Assembly: GCA_918797485.1 (NCBI GenBank)
Contig: CAKKNE010000004.1
Coordinates: 2,666,001-2,730,000 of the forward strand
Source of the DNA: Pelagomonas calceolata
Taxonomy: Eukaryota
Reading direction: 5' to 3'
DNA length: 64,000 nt
Shown: piece after piece, positions 32,471-43,097 of the stretch
Layout: each line of letters starts with the position of its first letter
Numbering within the stretch: the stretch's first letter is position 1
The notes under the pieces: model-generated
What the model was told of the DNA's origin: nothing
The model's input: the letters and a program-made list of their open reading frames with translations, nothing else
Database searches by the model: none
Program-made: the position numbers and the translations under genes

Positions 32471-33760
32471 TCAGGCGACCTCCTGCCGCGGCGGCGTGTC
32501 GCGGTCGTCGTCGTCGTCGTCGGACGACGACTCGTTCGACGGCGTGTTGACGGCGTAGTACGCGTCGTAGTCCTCGTCGGCGTCGTCGTAGGCGTCGTCG
32601 TCGTCGTCAAAATCGTCCTCCTCGGCGTCGTCGGCGCACTGGGAGCGGGGTACCAGCACTCTAGACCCGTAGGCGTCGCGCCGCACCTCCCAGGGCTCGT
32701 CCTCCCAGTTCGGGAGCGGTTGCGGCGCTGGTTGAGAGGGCGCCCAGTCGTGGCGGCAAAAAGCCAAGACCTGCGGGTGTCGGGCGCGCTGGGCTCCACC
32801 GCGCACGCCATTTTATGGCGGGAAGTGGGAATATTGGCGCTCTATCTCTCTGCCGCGATGACGTTGCGTCGGGTCGTCGCGACTACCATTTGCGTAGCAC
32901 GAGCGGTCTAGCGATCGCGGTGATTGAGTAAGACACTGGTTCCGTACGTAGTACAGCGCCTCGACGGGCAGGTGGCCCAGACCGATCTCCGTGGCGGGCC
33001 GCAGCATCTTGGCGGCCCGACATTTTGCTAATTCTACAGCCATCGCTCTGAAAGCAGGAGGAAACTGCGCATGCGAGTGGGGCGTCCAGAGGAGTAGCCG
33101 GACATCATACGTCACCTTGCCCACAAATTCTCTTCTAGGTCTCCACGCCACGTCTCCCCAGTAGCCTACTCTCGCGAAGGGGGCCCCGCCGGTATGCGCC
33201 ACGCCGCAGAGCACTTTGAGGTGCGCGTCCTCCCTTGTGACACCTCTGTGTCTTTGGTTGCTGTAGACGACGCCCTCGGCGTCTTCTGAATGTACATATA
33301 TACCGAGCTTCGTGAGCGCGGCATGCTGTTTTGTACTTGTCGGAGCCATGCGTACTGGTTCTGTGAAGGTGAGATCTCTCGGCTCCGACGTGGCGGGAGG
33401 CGCCTCGCCGGAATAGCGGACGCGCCACTCGCGCGGGGGCTTGAGCGGAGAAAAATATTTCCTCATCTCCAACCGGTCTCGCTCCTCCGGCAACGGCGCG
33501 AAGCCCTGGTCGCTCGTGAGAACTTTTGTCGTGCCCAAAGCGCCTCTGACGGAGACGCCTCGTATCGTCAGGGACTCGATCGGTACGGAACCAGTGAGTT
33601 CTACATCAAAAACGATGCCATGAAACGCGTGATCATCATTATCAATTGTGTCGAGGGCAAAATTTCCTGAAGAGACGTAGTCCGAGGTCTGCTGCCGGTT
33701 CTGGGCTCTCAACTCGAAGAACTCGGCGGGGCGCTCTCTTAGGGGCCAGGCGGTGGCCAT
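32471..33760 (-). CDS. Hypothetical protein with a C-terminal WTPxxHxxFP...LPxExxYxxL motif and acidic tail; exons 33760-32948, 32770-32471
   Basis: A 177-nt GT-AG intron (32771-32947) joins LPVEALYY|VLAFCRHDW in frame. Confidence 0.65.
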
Positions 33761-34186
33761 GGCGTGGCCTGAGGTTTGAGCGGGGTCTTCTACACTACAA
33801 GACTTGCGCGTCGCCGCCGCGGCGCGAGGCCTTCGGCGGCTTTTGGCTGCTTTTTGGGCCCAGTAGCAGTGCCTCGGAGCAGGCTGGGTGCGGCGCTGGC
33901 GGCGTCCGCAGGGACTGGAACGCAGGGAGGCCGAGAAAGCGCTTGAAATGCGAGCTCCTGCCGCAGATTTAGCTCTGTTGGGGGGTCTCCGCGCGGCGTA
34001 TGGCCCCAAAAAGCGGGATGGGCTGCACCCCGCACCATTCAACCGCACACGCGCCCGGTTGAACTCGAGCCCTGCAACACCCAAGCGAAGGCCGGGAGCG
34101 CTCCAAACCACAGGCACCGCGGGCACGCCAGTCGACGAGCCCCCAGACACATTTGAAACGAGAGACGCGAGACGACAAAAACCAAG

Positions 34187-35164
34187 TTAGGACACCTCCG
34201 CCACACGGGAGGTAGAGGAAAAGGCCCAGGCGTCGGGCCAGTCCTCGGGCCGCGCCACGAGGAACTCGCAGATCGCGTCGAGCTGCGCGCTCAGCATGTG
34301 CGTCCCCGCGTGTGTATCACAACCGCGTTCCCGCGCCGCTCTTAAAAAGGCCGTCTCCTCGGGCGTGTGGACGACCTCGCAACAAACCAAAGGAGGCCTC
34401 AGCAAGTCGCGCGGCACGGGGTCCGGGTCCGACGCGTTGTGCCCTAGGGACGTGCACTGTATCAGCAAATCCACGTCGTTCAGCGAAGAAGGTAGTGCAT
34501 CGAGCGCCCGGACGCCGGGGATACGAGCCGCCAACGCTTGAGCTCGTGCCTTCGTGCGGTTCACTACACAAACCGACCGCGCCCCGTTCTGCACGAGTCC
34601 GTAAGCAACCGCGCGCGCGGCGCCGCCCGCCCCCACCAACAAGCACCTTTGATTGCGCACGGCGTTGGCGCCGCGCTGTTGGATCAAGCCGCCCACAAAA
34701 CCATCACCGTCCATGTTCGTGCCAATCATCGCACCCTTGTGGAAGCGGACGACGTTGCAGCATCCTACCGCTCGGGCCGCCGCCGTTAGATGCGTGCACG
34801 ATCTTAGTATTGATTCTTTATGAGGCCTTGTGACGATGAGGCCGTCGCAATTGGTGGTCTGCGCGAGGCCATTAACGAGGGCGTCCAGGCCCTTTGGCGG
34901 GACATCTAACGGCAATAACACACTATCGGCATCCTTACAAGAGGCCTTGCGGTCCTTCAGCCTTGTCAAAGCTTGAGGGAAGTCCATTGGTGAGCGCGTG
35001 ACGTCGATCGGCTGGCCGACAATGAACAAAGCTCGCGCCGCCGGCGACACTCTACTCACCGATGATCGATGCGTCAGCGGCTTCAAGGCTTTGTGCATTT
35101 GGCCCATGATGTCGGCTATCGATTGCTCGAAGCGGCTCTCGAGGCCGTCGAGGTGGGAAGCCAT
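34187..35164 (-). CDS. aroE: Stand-alone shikimate dehydrogenase family protein
   Basis: IVTRPHKE, VGCCNVV, GTNMDGDGF, LVGAGGAARAV, VNRT, QCTSLG. Confidence 0.85.
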   Translation of the reverse strand: MASHLDGLESRFEQSIADIMGQMHKALKPLTHRSSVSRVSPAARALFIVGQPIDVTRSPMDFPQALTRLKDRKASCKDADSVLLPLDVPPKGLDALVNGLAQTTNCDGLIVTRPHKESILRSCTHLTAAARAVGCCNVVRFHKGAMIGTNMDGDGFVGGLIQQRGANAVRNQRCLLVGAGGAARAVAYGLVQNGARSVCVVNRTKARAQALAARIPGVRALDALPSSLNDVDLLIQCTSLGHNASDPDPVPRDLLRPPLVCCEVVHTPEETAFLRAARERGCDTHAGTHMLSAQLDAICEFLVARPEDWPDAWAFSSTSRVAEVS

Positions 35165-35455
35165 GCTTGGGCAGCCGCGACGCGTACGGGGCTTCTTCCT
35201 TGCGTGGTTTGCGTTGGAGCGAGGCAGCGGTGCGAGGGATTACGGCGCTTTTCGGCTCAAAATCGATGGCTTGCTAGTACCTTACGGCCGCTAGCTCTTC
35301 GACGCGGCCGTCGCGAGTTCAAGCCAGCGAGCAGCGTGCAGAGGCATTTGCGAGCCTCGATTCATAGCGCATAGATAGCGTGTCAGCTGGCGGAGCTGTT
35401 ACACGCACCGGCGGAGCTCAAGTCGCGAGCCACAGACCTGAAACGCAACCAACCC

Positions 35456-35644
35456 ATGCTCAGCTGGAGCGACCTCCCGCCCTTCGTGCAAAATTTAGCC
35501 ATCGTCGTCGGCTTCGTGGCCCTCGCGACGTACGTCGACGTCCTCCTGCCGCGCGCGGGCCCCGTCAAGCTCGACGACCCGCACGCGCACTACGTCGCCG
35601 ACAAGGACTACAACGGGAGTTGGCGGAGAAAGAAGGACGAATGA
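35456..35644 (+). CDS. 62-aa single-TM protein whose stop overlaps the next ATG (ATGA)
   Basis: Strong GC3 codon bias; TM segment LAIVVGFVALATYVDVLL; A/C-rich leader before the ATG. Confidence 0.6.
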   Translation: MLSWSDLPPFVQNLAIVVGFVALATYVDVLLPRAGPVKLDDPHAHYVADKDYNGSWRRKKDE

Positions 35645-36747
35645 TCTACTTGCTCTTAGTAGCATTGGCGGAGGCGCGCCGGAAGGTTGAACCCATTGTA
35701 GAGGAGCCCACCGCACCTCTATGGATACCGCTCGTCATCGCGGTCTGCATCATTCTCGGTACGCTAGCACTCTTACCGAGGAAGCCGCGCGAGGAAGAGA
35801 AACCGCTCGCGACCGTCATGATTACGCATATCACGGTCTACCCCGTCAAGTCCTGCAAGGGTGTTAAGCTCGCGACATGTTCGTTGGATGCGACGTGCGG
35901 CCTGCAAGATGATAGGAGGTACGCGTTCGTCGATGCGCACGGTGTGTTTCTGTCGCAAAGACGCTTCCCGAAATTATGTTTGGTGACGCCCACCTACCCC
36001 ATCGGTGGCGCATTATCTTTGAAGGCGCCGGGCCAACCATTACTCAAAGTACCGGTCAATGACGAAGGTCCCACAAAGACGTGTCGGATCTGGTCCGATT
36101 CGGTAATAGCCGTGGACCAGGGTGACGAGGCAGCAAAGTGGATCTCGGACTACCTGAAGACGCCGGGTCTACGGCTGATGCGCTTCCCCGACAAGGCTTT
36201 TCGTAGAGTAGACATCAAATACGCGAAAAGGTCATGTGAGACAGCCTTTAGTGACGGTTTTCCCATCCTCCTGGCGAACGACGCCTCGTTAGCTGATTTA
36301 AATGCTCGGCTAGCTAAAAACAACAGTCCACCCATACCGATGGACCGGTTCCGGCCGAATCTTGTCGTGAGCGGCGCTCAGGCGTGGGCTGAGGACGCGT
36401 GGGGTTCCATGACATGTAACGACTTGGAGCTGAAGGTCGTCAAGCCCTGCTCGCGCTGCAAGATCCCGACCATCGACCAGGCTACGGGAAGGACTGGAGC
36501 GCCTTCTGGCACGGGCGACGAGGGCGGCGGCCCCGGCCAGGCGGAGCCGAACAAAACTCTGAAGACGTTTCGATCTGGGGCCGTCTTAGCTGATCGCGAT
36601 CCGTTCTTCGCCGCCCCAAAGCGCAAAAACGACGTCTTCTTCGGCCAGAACCTCGTGCACTTCGCGCCCGGCGCGGAGGTCGCGGTCGGCGACCGGTTCG
36701 CTTGTTCTCCAAAGGTTGTTGAGGAGGGAGGATGCGTCGTGAGCTAG
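35641..36747 (+). CDS. MOSC-domain protein (mARC-like)
   Basis: ITVYPVKSCKG, DRRYAFVD, FSDGFPILL, MDRFRPNLVV, VVKPCSRCKIPTIDQ, FGQN; ends CVVS. Confidence 0.9.
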   Translation: MIYLLLVALAEARRKVEPIVEEPTAPLWIPLVIAVCIILGTLALLPRKPREEEKPLATVMITHITVYPVKSCKGVKLATCSLDATCGLQDDRRYAFVDAHGVFLSQRRFPKLCLVTPTYPIGGALSLKAPGQPLLKVPVNDEGPTKTCRIWSDSVIAVDQGDEAAKWISDYLKTPGLRLMRFPDKAFRRVDIKYAKRSCETAFSDGFPILLANDASLADLNARLAKNNSPPIPMDRFRPNLVVSGAQAWAEDAWGSMTCNDLELKVVKPCSRCKIPTIDQATGRTGAPSGTGDEGGGPGQAEPNKTLKTFRSGAVLADRDPFFAAPKRKNDVFFGQNLVHFAPGAEVAVGDRFACSPKVVEEGGCVVS

Positions 36748-37129
36748 TTTGCCGCTCCCTCTAGAGGTTAACAGAGTCTATTTATCGTACATAGCGCGTC
36801 GATGGCCTAGCATGGGAAGAGCACTAGCAACCAAGCAGCCTCTGCGAAAAAATTACCACGCTCCTCATCTATTCACGTAGTGTCTCTGGCGGTCAGATTT
36901 GTGTTTTACATCTACCAGACATATCAGTTCTCCAGGAGGCGCCGGTACACGCGTAGGAACAAACTCTGCCTTTTGGTTCGCCCGCAGCGGCAAAGCCCTC
37001 GCCACGCGCCGCGCCGTCGACGCGACCTCGGCGAGCGTTCTTAATCAACATCACGACCGTGTAAGGTCAGGTCTCTCGCTCAAGAGCACGTCCCAACGTC
37101 CGACCGTGACTCCGACGCGAAAAAAAAAC

Positions 37130-38008
37130 ATGGGCTGCGACGGCGGCAACTGCGGCGGCACCCCTTCAGTAATTTTCGGCTACGTCGGCACGGCCATCCT
37201 GCTCAAGTTCCTCTTCGGCATCGACGACGTCGTCTGGCTGGCGCCGTTCATGGCGCGCGAGGTGAGCCACGGAAGACTAGTCATCGCGGTCAAGTACGTC
37301 CTCATCAACTTCACGATATGTGGAATAGCGGTCGCGCTCGCGTCGATCGTGCACGTGTCCATCCACCACGGCGCCAGGCACGCCGAGGATCTCGCGGACA
37401 AGATCATCGCGTGCTTCGCGTCGGCCCTACTCCTACTCTACGCCTACTACATCGCGCAGCAGGACGGGGTGTGCGGCGAGCTGGAAGAGAGTGACGACCC
37501 GCCGGACAAGTCTGAATATACACCGTTGCACGAGGTCGAGGAGGACGAGGAGGATCCCTTGACGCGGCGGCGGAGCGGCCTCACGGGACTCGACGCGCCG
37601 ATGGGCGAGGACTTTGAGGACGAGGCCGATGATCTGGGCTGCCACGAGCGGCTCGTCGTCGGCTGCCTCTCGAGCGGCCTCGAGCCGTCGTCGCCCGGGA
37701 AAGATGAAGCTAGAAGGCGCTTCGTCATCGTGGCGGTGCTCGGGAATCTCGACGACTTCCTGATGTACTTTTCGATCGTGGTGTCGCTGCATTTCTGCTG
37801 GTGGGAATTTATTCTGGGGACGACGATCGGGGCCATCTGCATCGCGACGGCGCTGGGCACGTGCCTCTGGTGCTCGCCTAGATTAGCGGACAAGGTCGCT
37901 TCCTTACCGCTCGTCCCAGTTGTCGTGATCATGGCTATATATATTGCCGTGCAGGCCTTCGTGCCGGCGATGAACCCGTCGCCGCGGAACAGTGCCGGTG
38001 CTTGCTAG
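37130..38008 (+). CDS. Membrane protein, CadD/LysE-superfamily-like
   Basis: Two three-TM halves with GIDDVVWL and GNLDDFLMYF motifs, joined by an acidic loop. Confidence 0.55.
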   Translation: MGCDGGNCGGTPSVIFGYVGTAILLKFLFGIDDVVWLAPFMAREVSHGRLVIAVKYVLINFTICGIAVALASIVHVSIHHGARHAEDLADKIIACFASALLLLYAYYIAQQDGVCGELEESDDPPDKSEYTPLHEVEEDEEDPLTRRRSGLTGLDAPMGEDFEDEADDLGCHERLVVGCLSSGLEPSSPGKDEARRRFVIVAVLGNLDDFLMYFSIVVSLHFCWWEFILGTTIGAICIATALGTCLWCSPRLADKVASLPLVPVVVIMAIYIAVQAFVPAMNPSPRNSAGAC

Positions 38009-38035
38009 ACTGTATAAATTCACACAAATGATAGG

Positions 38036-41000
38036 TTATGATGCGCCCCCGAAGTGCACATTTGACGCATCGGAAGTAGAGAGCAGCGGCACGCCGAGGG
38101 CCTGGAGCTTCTTAAGAGCCGTCGCCTCCGCCTTCCGCGCGGCGGACTTGTCCTTTACAGTAACCACTAAGGCGTCGCCGATATCATACGTCCGCCCGTG
38201 CTTCTTCAGGCGGTCGCGCACGGAGTCCGTCTCGCCCACATATAAACCGTCGGACGTAGAAAAGGCGTAGACGCACGACGTACCTATCAATCGGGGCGGC
38301 GGCGCTTTATCTCTAGGTAAGGTTTCCGGTACCAACCCTTGGTCCGAGAGGGCGTCAAAGGCCGAAGCAAGCAGGTCCACCTCATCCTGTTGGACAGAGG
38401 GCACGTCCCTTCCAAGCGTAAGCGCCGCCCGCTCCACGATCCTGGAAGGGACCTCCGCAGCGACAGCAGCATCTAACGCGAGAGAGTCGACACAAACACC
38501 CTCGTCACAACTGTGGTTGCCTCCCATCCTCCACTTCTTCACATCATCTCTAGAATCCTCCTCCAGGATCTCATGTAGATGCGTCGCGAAGACGCCCCGC
38601 ATCTTTCTATCCGTAAGTTCATCTAGAACAGCACCGCCGATGGCGGCACCTTCGGTAGAAGACGTCCCGCGGCCCAATTCATCGACCAACACCAATGAAT
38701 CAGGTGAACATTCCCGGAAGAGCTGCGCCACGGCGTCCATTTCTCGCTCGAAAGAACTTTTCCCGTAGAGGGGCGCGTCGCCCGTGGCGTGTCGCAGTAG
38801 AATGCCGTCCCAGTGCGGCACGGTACCTTCACTGATCGGTGCACATAGACCCGACGCTCCCAATAAAGCTGCGGCGGCCGTACTTCGTAACAGTGTACTT
38901 TTGCCGGACGCGTTCGGTCCTGTTAAAAAGGCCATTTGTCCACTTGCTAGGGAGACGTCGTTCGGGACTGACGAACCACGGTCGAGCCAGAAGGGCGTCA
39001 GGCCCTTTAGCGTCAGAGTCTTTCCCGAAGCAGGTAAAGACCATCCTTTCTCTCGAGAAGCTTCGGCGTGGTCCAGAGCCGCTGCGCCACATTCACACAC
39101 GGATATACAGGCCACGGCCGTGTCCAAATGTTGAGAGTAGACGGTCTCGCTCAATTCACGTAGAGACGCCCTTACCACAAGTGACGCGTCGCTACAAGCA
39201 GCGCAGTACGCGTCATTGGCGTCGAGGGCTCGCTGCGACGTCCTTCGTCGTGGCAGCGGCTGGCGGAACCGATCTCTAGGTGCTACTTCATCACCAGAAG
39301 GCGCCCCGCGCAGGCAGACGACGTTGTTCGCCACCTGTGTGGAAATCAAAATTTTACGGCGCGTTCCTCCACGCCATCGACGCGACGCCTGCTCGATGGC
39401 GTGACGATGCGTTCCTCACCGCTAGGCCGAGACGCACATGTTGATTTCCACACAGTTCGCCACATCATACAAGACGTCGTCGCCGTCCGGGAATTCCGCG
39501 ACGGCATTCTCGAGTTCCGTCAGACAAGCATCGACCCGAGCGTAGGCGTCCCTAACCTCAGGACGGTGGTCCCGCAGTACCACGCCTCTAAAGACCTCGT
39601 TTCTCTCAATGAACGCGGCAGGGAGTCTATCAGAAGATGAAACGGCGTCGTCCTGGTCGATACTTACCACTGATGAAATGACACCTTCCAAACGCGCCGC
39701 AGCATCTACGAGATCGTCTCCCTCCAACGAGAACACCCCGCCCGCCTCGCTCGCGTCAAGTAACTCGAGCAAAGGTCTAGAAATGGACGAAGGCGCCTCA
39801 CTAATCGCCTGGCGGCATGCGACAGATGCCCTGTGGGCGTCGCGAAACAGTAACGCATTCGCCTCCTTCTCCGCTAACAAACGTACTAGTTTCTGCCTCG
39901 GGAGATTCGGCGCATCATCCAAAGGTAAAGGCGGGCACGCCTCATCTAATAATGCTGATAGTAGCGACCGCATCGCTGTTGCTGGTTGCTCGGACGGTGG
40001 CGCTAACAACCATCTCCGTAGAAATCGCTGCGAGGCCGCGCGAGCACCTCTAGATGGTAGTAACCTAGGAACTAATGCAGGCACGAGCTCGTCGTCAGCC
40101 AAGCCGACGTCCCTAGCTGTGGAAGCAAACAAAGGCCGCTGTGTTCTTGGAGTTGATACCCGTACTTCCTCTGCAAATGACAAAGGGTCCTCGACGCACA
40201 AGACGGATCGAGCCACCTCCTCGGCGAATAAACGTACGCGACCTTCCGTAGTACCGGGGTCCTCCAATCGCACGGCCCGGTCGTCATCGAGTCGCTCCCG
40301 GTCATCTACTAAAGCTAGAGCGTTCCGCTTCGCCGCGTTCCTCCTATTAATCTCTTGAGCTTTCGACCCACTAGCTTTACAATCGAAATAGAAGGCCGGC
40401 GCCGCGGCACCTCCACGAGCACTTACGGCGGCTCGACACCCGTCGGGCGTCAATGAATCGTAGACGCAAGCAGTCCTCGCGTCGACATCCAAACATATCA
40501 CCGACGCACCTGATTCACCAACAGCAGAAGCGACGAACTGCGGCCCCTCGCAGCGCCACTCGAGATCATTTCTACTGAGAGCCTGGTTCTGCACATATGT
40601 GGAAGCGCCCGGTGCTACCACTTGTGCTAAGTACCTTTCTTTCTTGCGACGAGGATCAGCACAGAACCGTTCTTCATAGACCGCCACGGTTAAGCCGTTT
40701 CGGGTCAAGCCATCGAGCGTCTGCTGCAAATTCCGCCAGGGACACCCCGCTCTTACTTTGTCGCCCATCGGATTTAAACCGCAGTGCTCCACGAGCAACG
40801 TAGCGTCGACGCCCCACGCTTCGTAGAACTCGCCGACGCGCACGAGTAAAACTTTCGTGGGGTGCTCGAGTTTCCACTCTAAGGTCTCCAGTAGGAGTGT
40901 TTTCCTTCCATTTGCAGGGGGTTTATCTAGACTGTCGTGGGGGAAGCCGAGGGCGTTCGTTGCTAAGCGGTCGCTCAGGGCCTGGGCCGCGGGCCTTCGG

Positions 41001-41113
41001 AGGTTTTCTATTTGTCTCGTCCAGTAGCCGTCGAGCTGCGTCGGCGCGGCGGCGAGCGAGAGTCTTCGTCTTAGGCGCGTCGCGGGTCTCAGGGCGGCGG
41101 CGAGGCGCAGCAT
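38036..41113 (-). CDS. MSH1: Organellar MutS homologue of MSH1 type (MutS + C-terminal GIY-YIG); exons 41113-39464, 39334-38036
   Basis: RVGEFYE (domain I), TGPNASGKS, SSFEREM, DELGRGT, FATHLH; C-terminal SCVYAF...LYVGETDSVRDRLKKH; Arg-rich presequence. Confidence 0.88.
39335..39455. mobile_element. Introner element forming the MSH1 intron (39335-39463, GT-AG)
   Basis: Perfect 15-bp TIRs; perfect TSD TTCGCCAC at 39327-39334 and 39456-39463. Confidence 0.95.
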
Positions 41114-41621
41114 TATTATGAACCAGCGCGGCATGCGCTTTCCTACCCAGCGCTGCAGCTTGTTAGAGCGCTGCGCGGCCCGCGCTCCGCTGCCCTAGGA
41201 GGCTGCCGCTTTTTGAAACCAGTGGTCCAAGGAGAGCTGCCAGCTGCGACAATGCAGCAGTTGTAGCACTGAGACCAAGAGCACTACCGCAGGTCTCTGT
41301 GAACGAGCGCTGAGAGTCTGGCTCGCTCCGTGTGCCCCCTGTTGGTCCAAAAACTCCGCCCGCGCCTGGAGCTAGCGGCGTGAGACACTAGCAATGGTGC
41401 GACGCGTCCTGCTTGCTTTGGGGTAAGCATAGTCCCAGCGTACCAATTGCCTTCGGGGAAACGCGATCCGCGGGACCACCGCGCGCCGACAGGCACCGCG
41501 GGGCAGAGACGCGAGTCACGCGAGTGACGCGACCGTGCCCACGAGTCCTCGCAGGATAGATTCGCAGGACAGAACACACGCCACCGCGACGCCATCGACG
41601 AGACAACGTAATTACAACACT

Positions 41622-42663
41622 CTAGAGCGAGTCGTACCGCCGCAGCGGCTCCACGGGCAGCGGCTTGGACGACTCGGCGACCTGCGCGTCGAGCTTCTCC
41701 ACGAGCTTCACCAGCTGGTCGTGGCCACCCAATGCCGCAATAGCGGACGCGATGTCGCCCTTGATCGCCGCGAGGGCCGCGCGCGTCTTCTCGAAACTGC
41801 CGACGGACTCCATGAACTCCACGGCGTGCTTTTTCACATCAATATTCTCGGTCTTCTGCTTCAGGATGTTTAGTAACCGGGTATCGTCCGGTCTCGCCCT
41901 TATAGCGTGCAGGATCGGATAACTAAACTTTCCTTCAGTCAAATCCTCGCAGTAGCTCTTGCTGAGCGCGTACTCGTCGCTCTTGAGGTTCACGAGGTCG
42001 TCCCTTATTTGGAAGTAGAGCGCTAATTGATCGACTAGTTCGCGGAACTCGCTCTTGTCTCGTGCCGAGAACGCGGCCATGAGGCCGACGGCCAGCCGAA
42101 ACAACCCGCCGGTCTTGTCGAGCACCATGCTGTAGTACTCTTTTTCTGAAGGGACCTTCTGCGTGTCGCGCCACACGATGTCCTGGCCCTGGCCCCTATG
42201 TAAATTGAGCAGCTCTTCCACAAAGACCGACAGCGCCTCCGGCGAGCCTAATCTATGACATTCTTCCAAGGCTACAAAGTACGCGTAGTTCGCCGCGTTC
42301 AGCGTGTAGGGCACGCCGAAGATGGCGTGGGCCACGGGCTTGCCCCGTCTCAGTTGCGACCCGTCCTCGATGTCGTCGACGAGCAAAGAGGCGTTGTGCA
42401 GGCGCGAGATGATGGACTTGATTTGCGTCACTTTCTCGGGCGGGATTTTGAGCCACACGTTGAACGCGTCGATCAGGGCGCCTCGGACGTCCTTGCCGGG
42501 CGTCTCGCCTGCGTGAGTCGGGTGGTCGCGTCGCGTCGGTGGCGTGCCATGATCCAGCGGATGCGCGGCGCGACAATTGATTCATGCACTGCGTCTCGCT
42601 GATGTAGGCGAAGGGCTCCAGGATCGATGCGTCGACGGCGTGGCTGACCGGCGGCGAGGTCAT
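41622..42663 (-). CDS. GGPS1: Geranylgeranyl diphosphate synthase (type III); exons 42663-42600, 42508-41622
   Basis: Spliced EPFAYISETPGKDVR; LHNASLLVDDIEDGSQLRRG; LHRGQG; KTGGLF; FQIRDD; EDLTEGKFS. Confidence 0.92.
42509..42591. mobile_element. Internally deleted introner forming a GC-AG intron (42509-42599)
   Basis: Perfect TSD CGTCTCGC at 42501-42508 and 42592-42599; one TIR retained (TTGATTCATGCACTG), the other shortened. Confidence 0.88.
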
Positions 42664-43097
42664 GCTGCAGGCTGCAGTGCTGGGCTCTCCGCGGCAATTT
42701 GGTTGCACCGCTTGCTTGCTGCGCTTGCGATTTGCTCGGCCACGCTTTGCGCGTCGAATTTGCACCGCTTCGCGTGTTTTTGTGAGCTCTGATGGCAAAC
42801 ACAGCTTACCCCCCCTTTTTCGGTGAAGGCTAGTATGTAAGTGAGGCTAGTGGCTAGAGTGTTACAGCGGCACGTAGGTGATATTTGGGCCGCGCAGACC
42901 CCAATATCGCCCCGCAAACGTACAGAATCGCTCCAGAAGCTCCCCACAGCCCGCAGAGTCCCCGGCCCGATTTTTAGGCCGTAAAACCGCGCGCAAGGAA
43001 CTCTACGGCGAGGAACCGCCAATTTGCTCAAAACCACCCGCGGGCACCTCACCCCGCGCGTCCTAAGCACTCGAAACAAGACCACACAAGCACAGCC

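Noticed and set aside
34187..42663. Metabolic gene cluster or HGT island (aroE, MOSC, CadD-like, GGPPS)
   Set aside because: The functions are unrelated, and the composition, upstream motif and introns match the host background.
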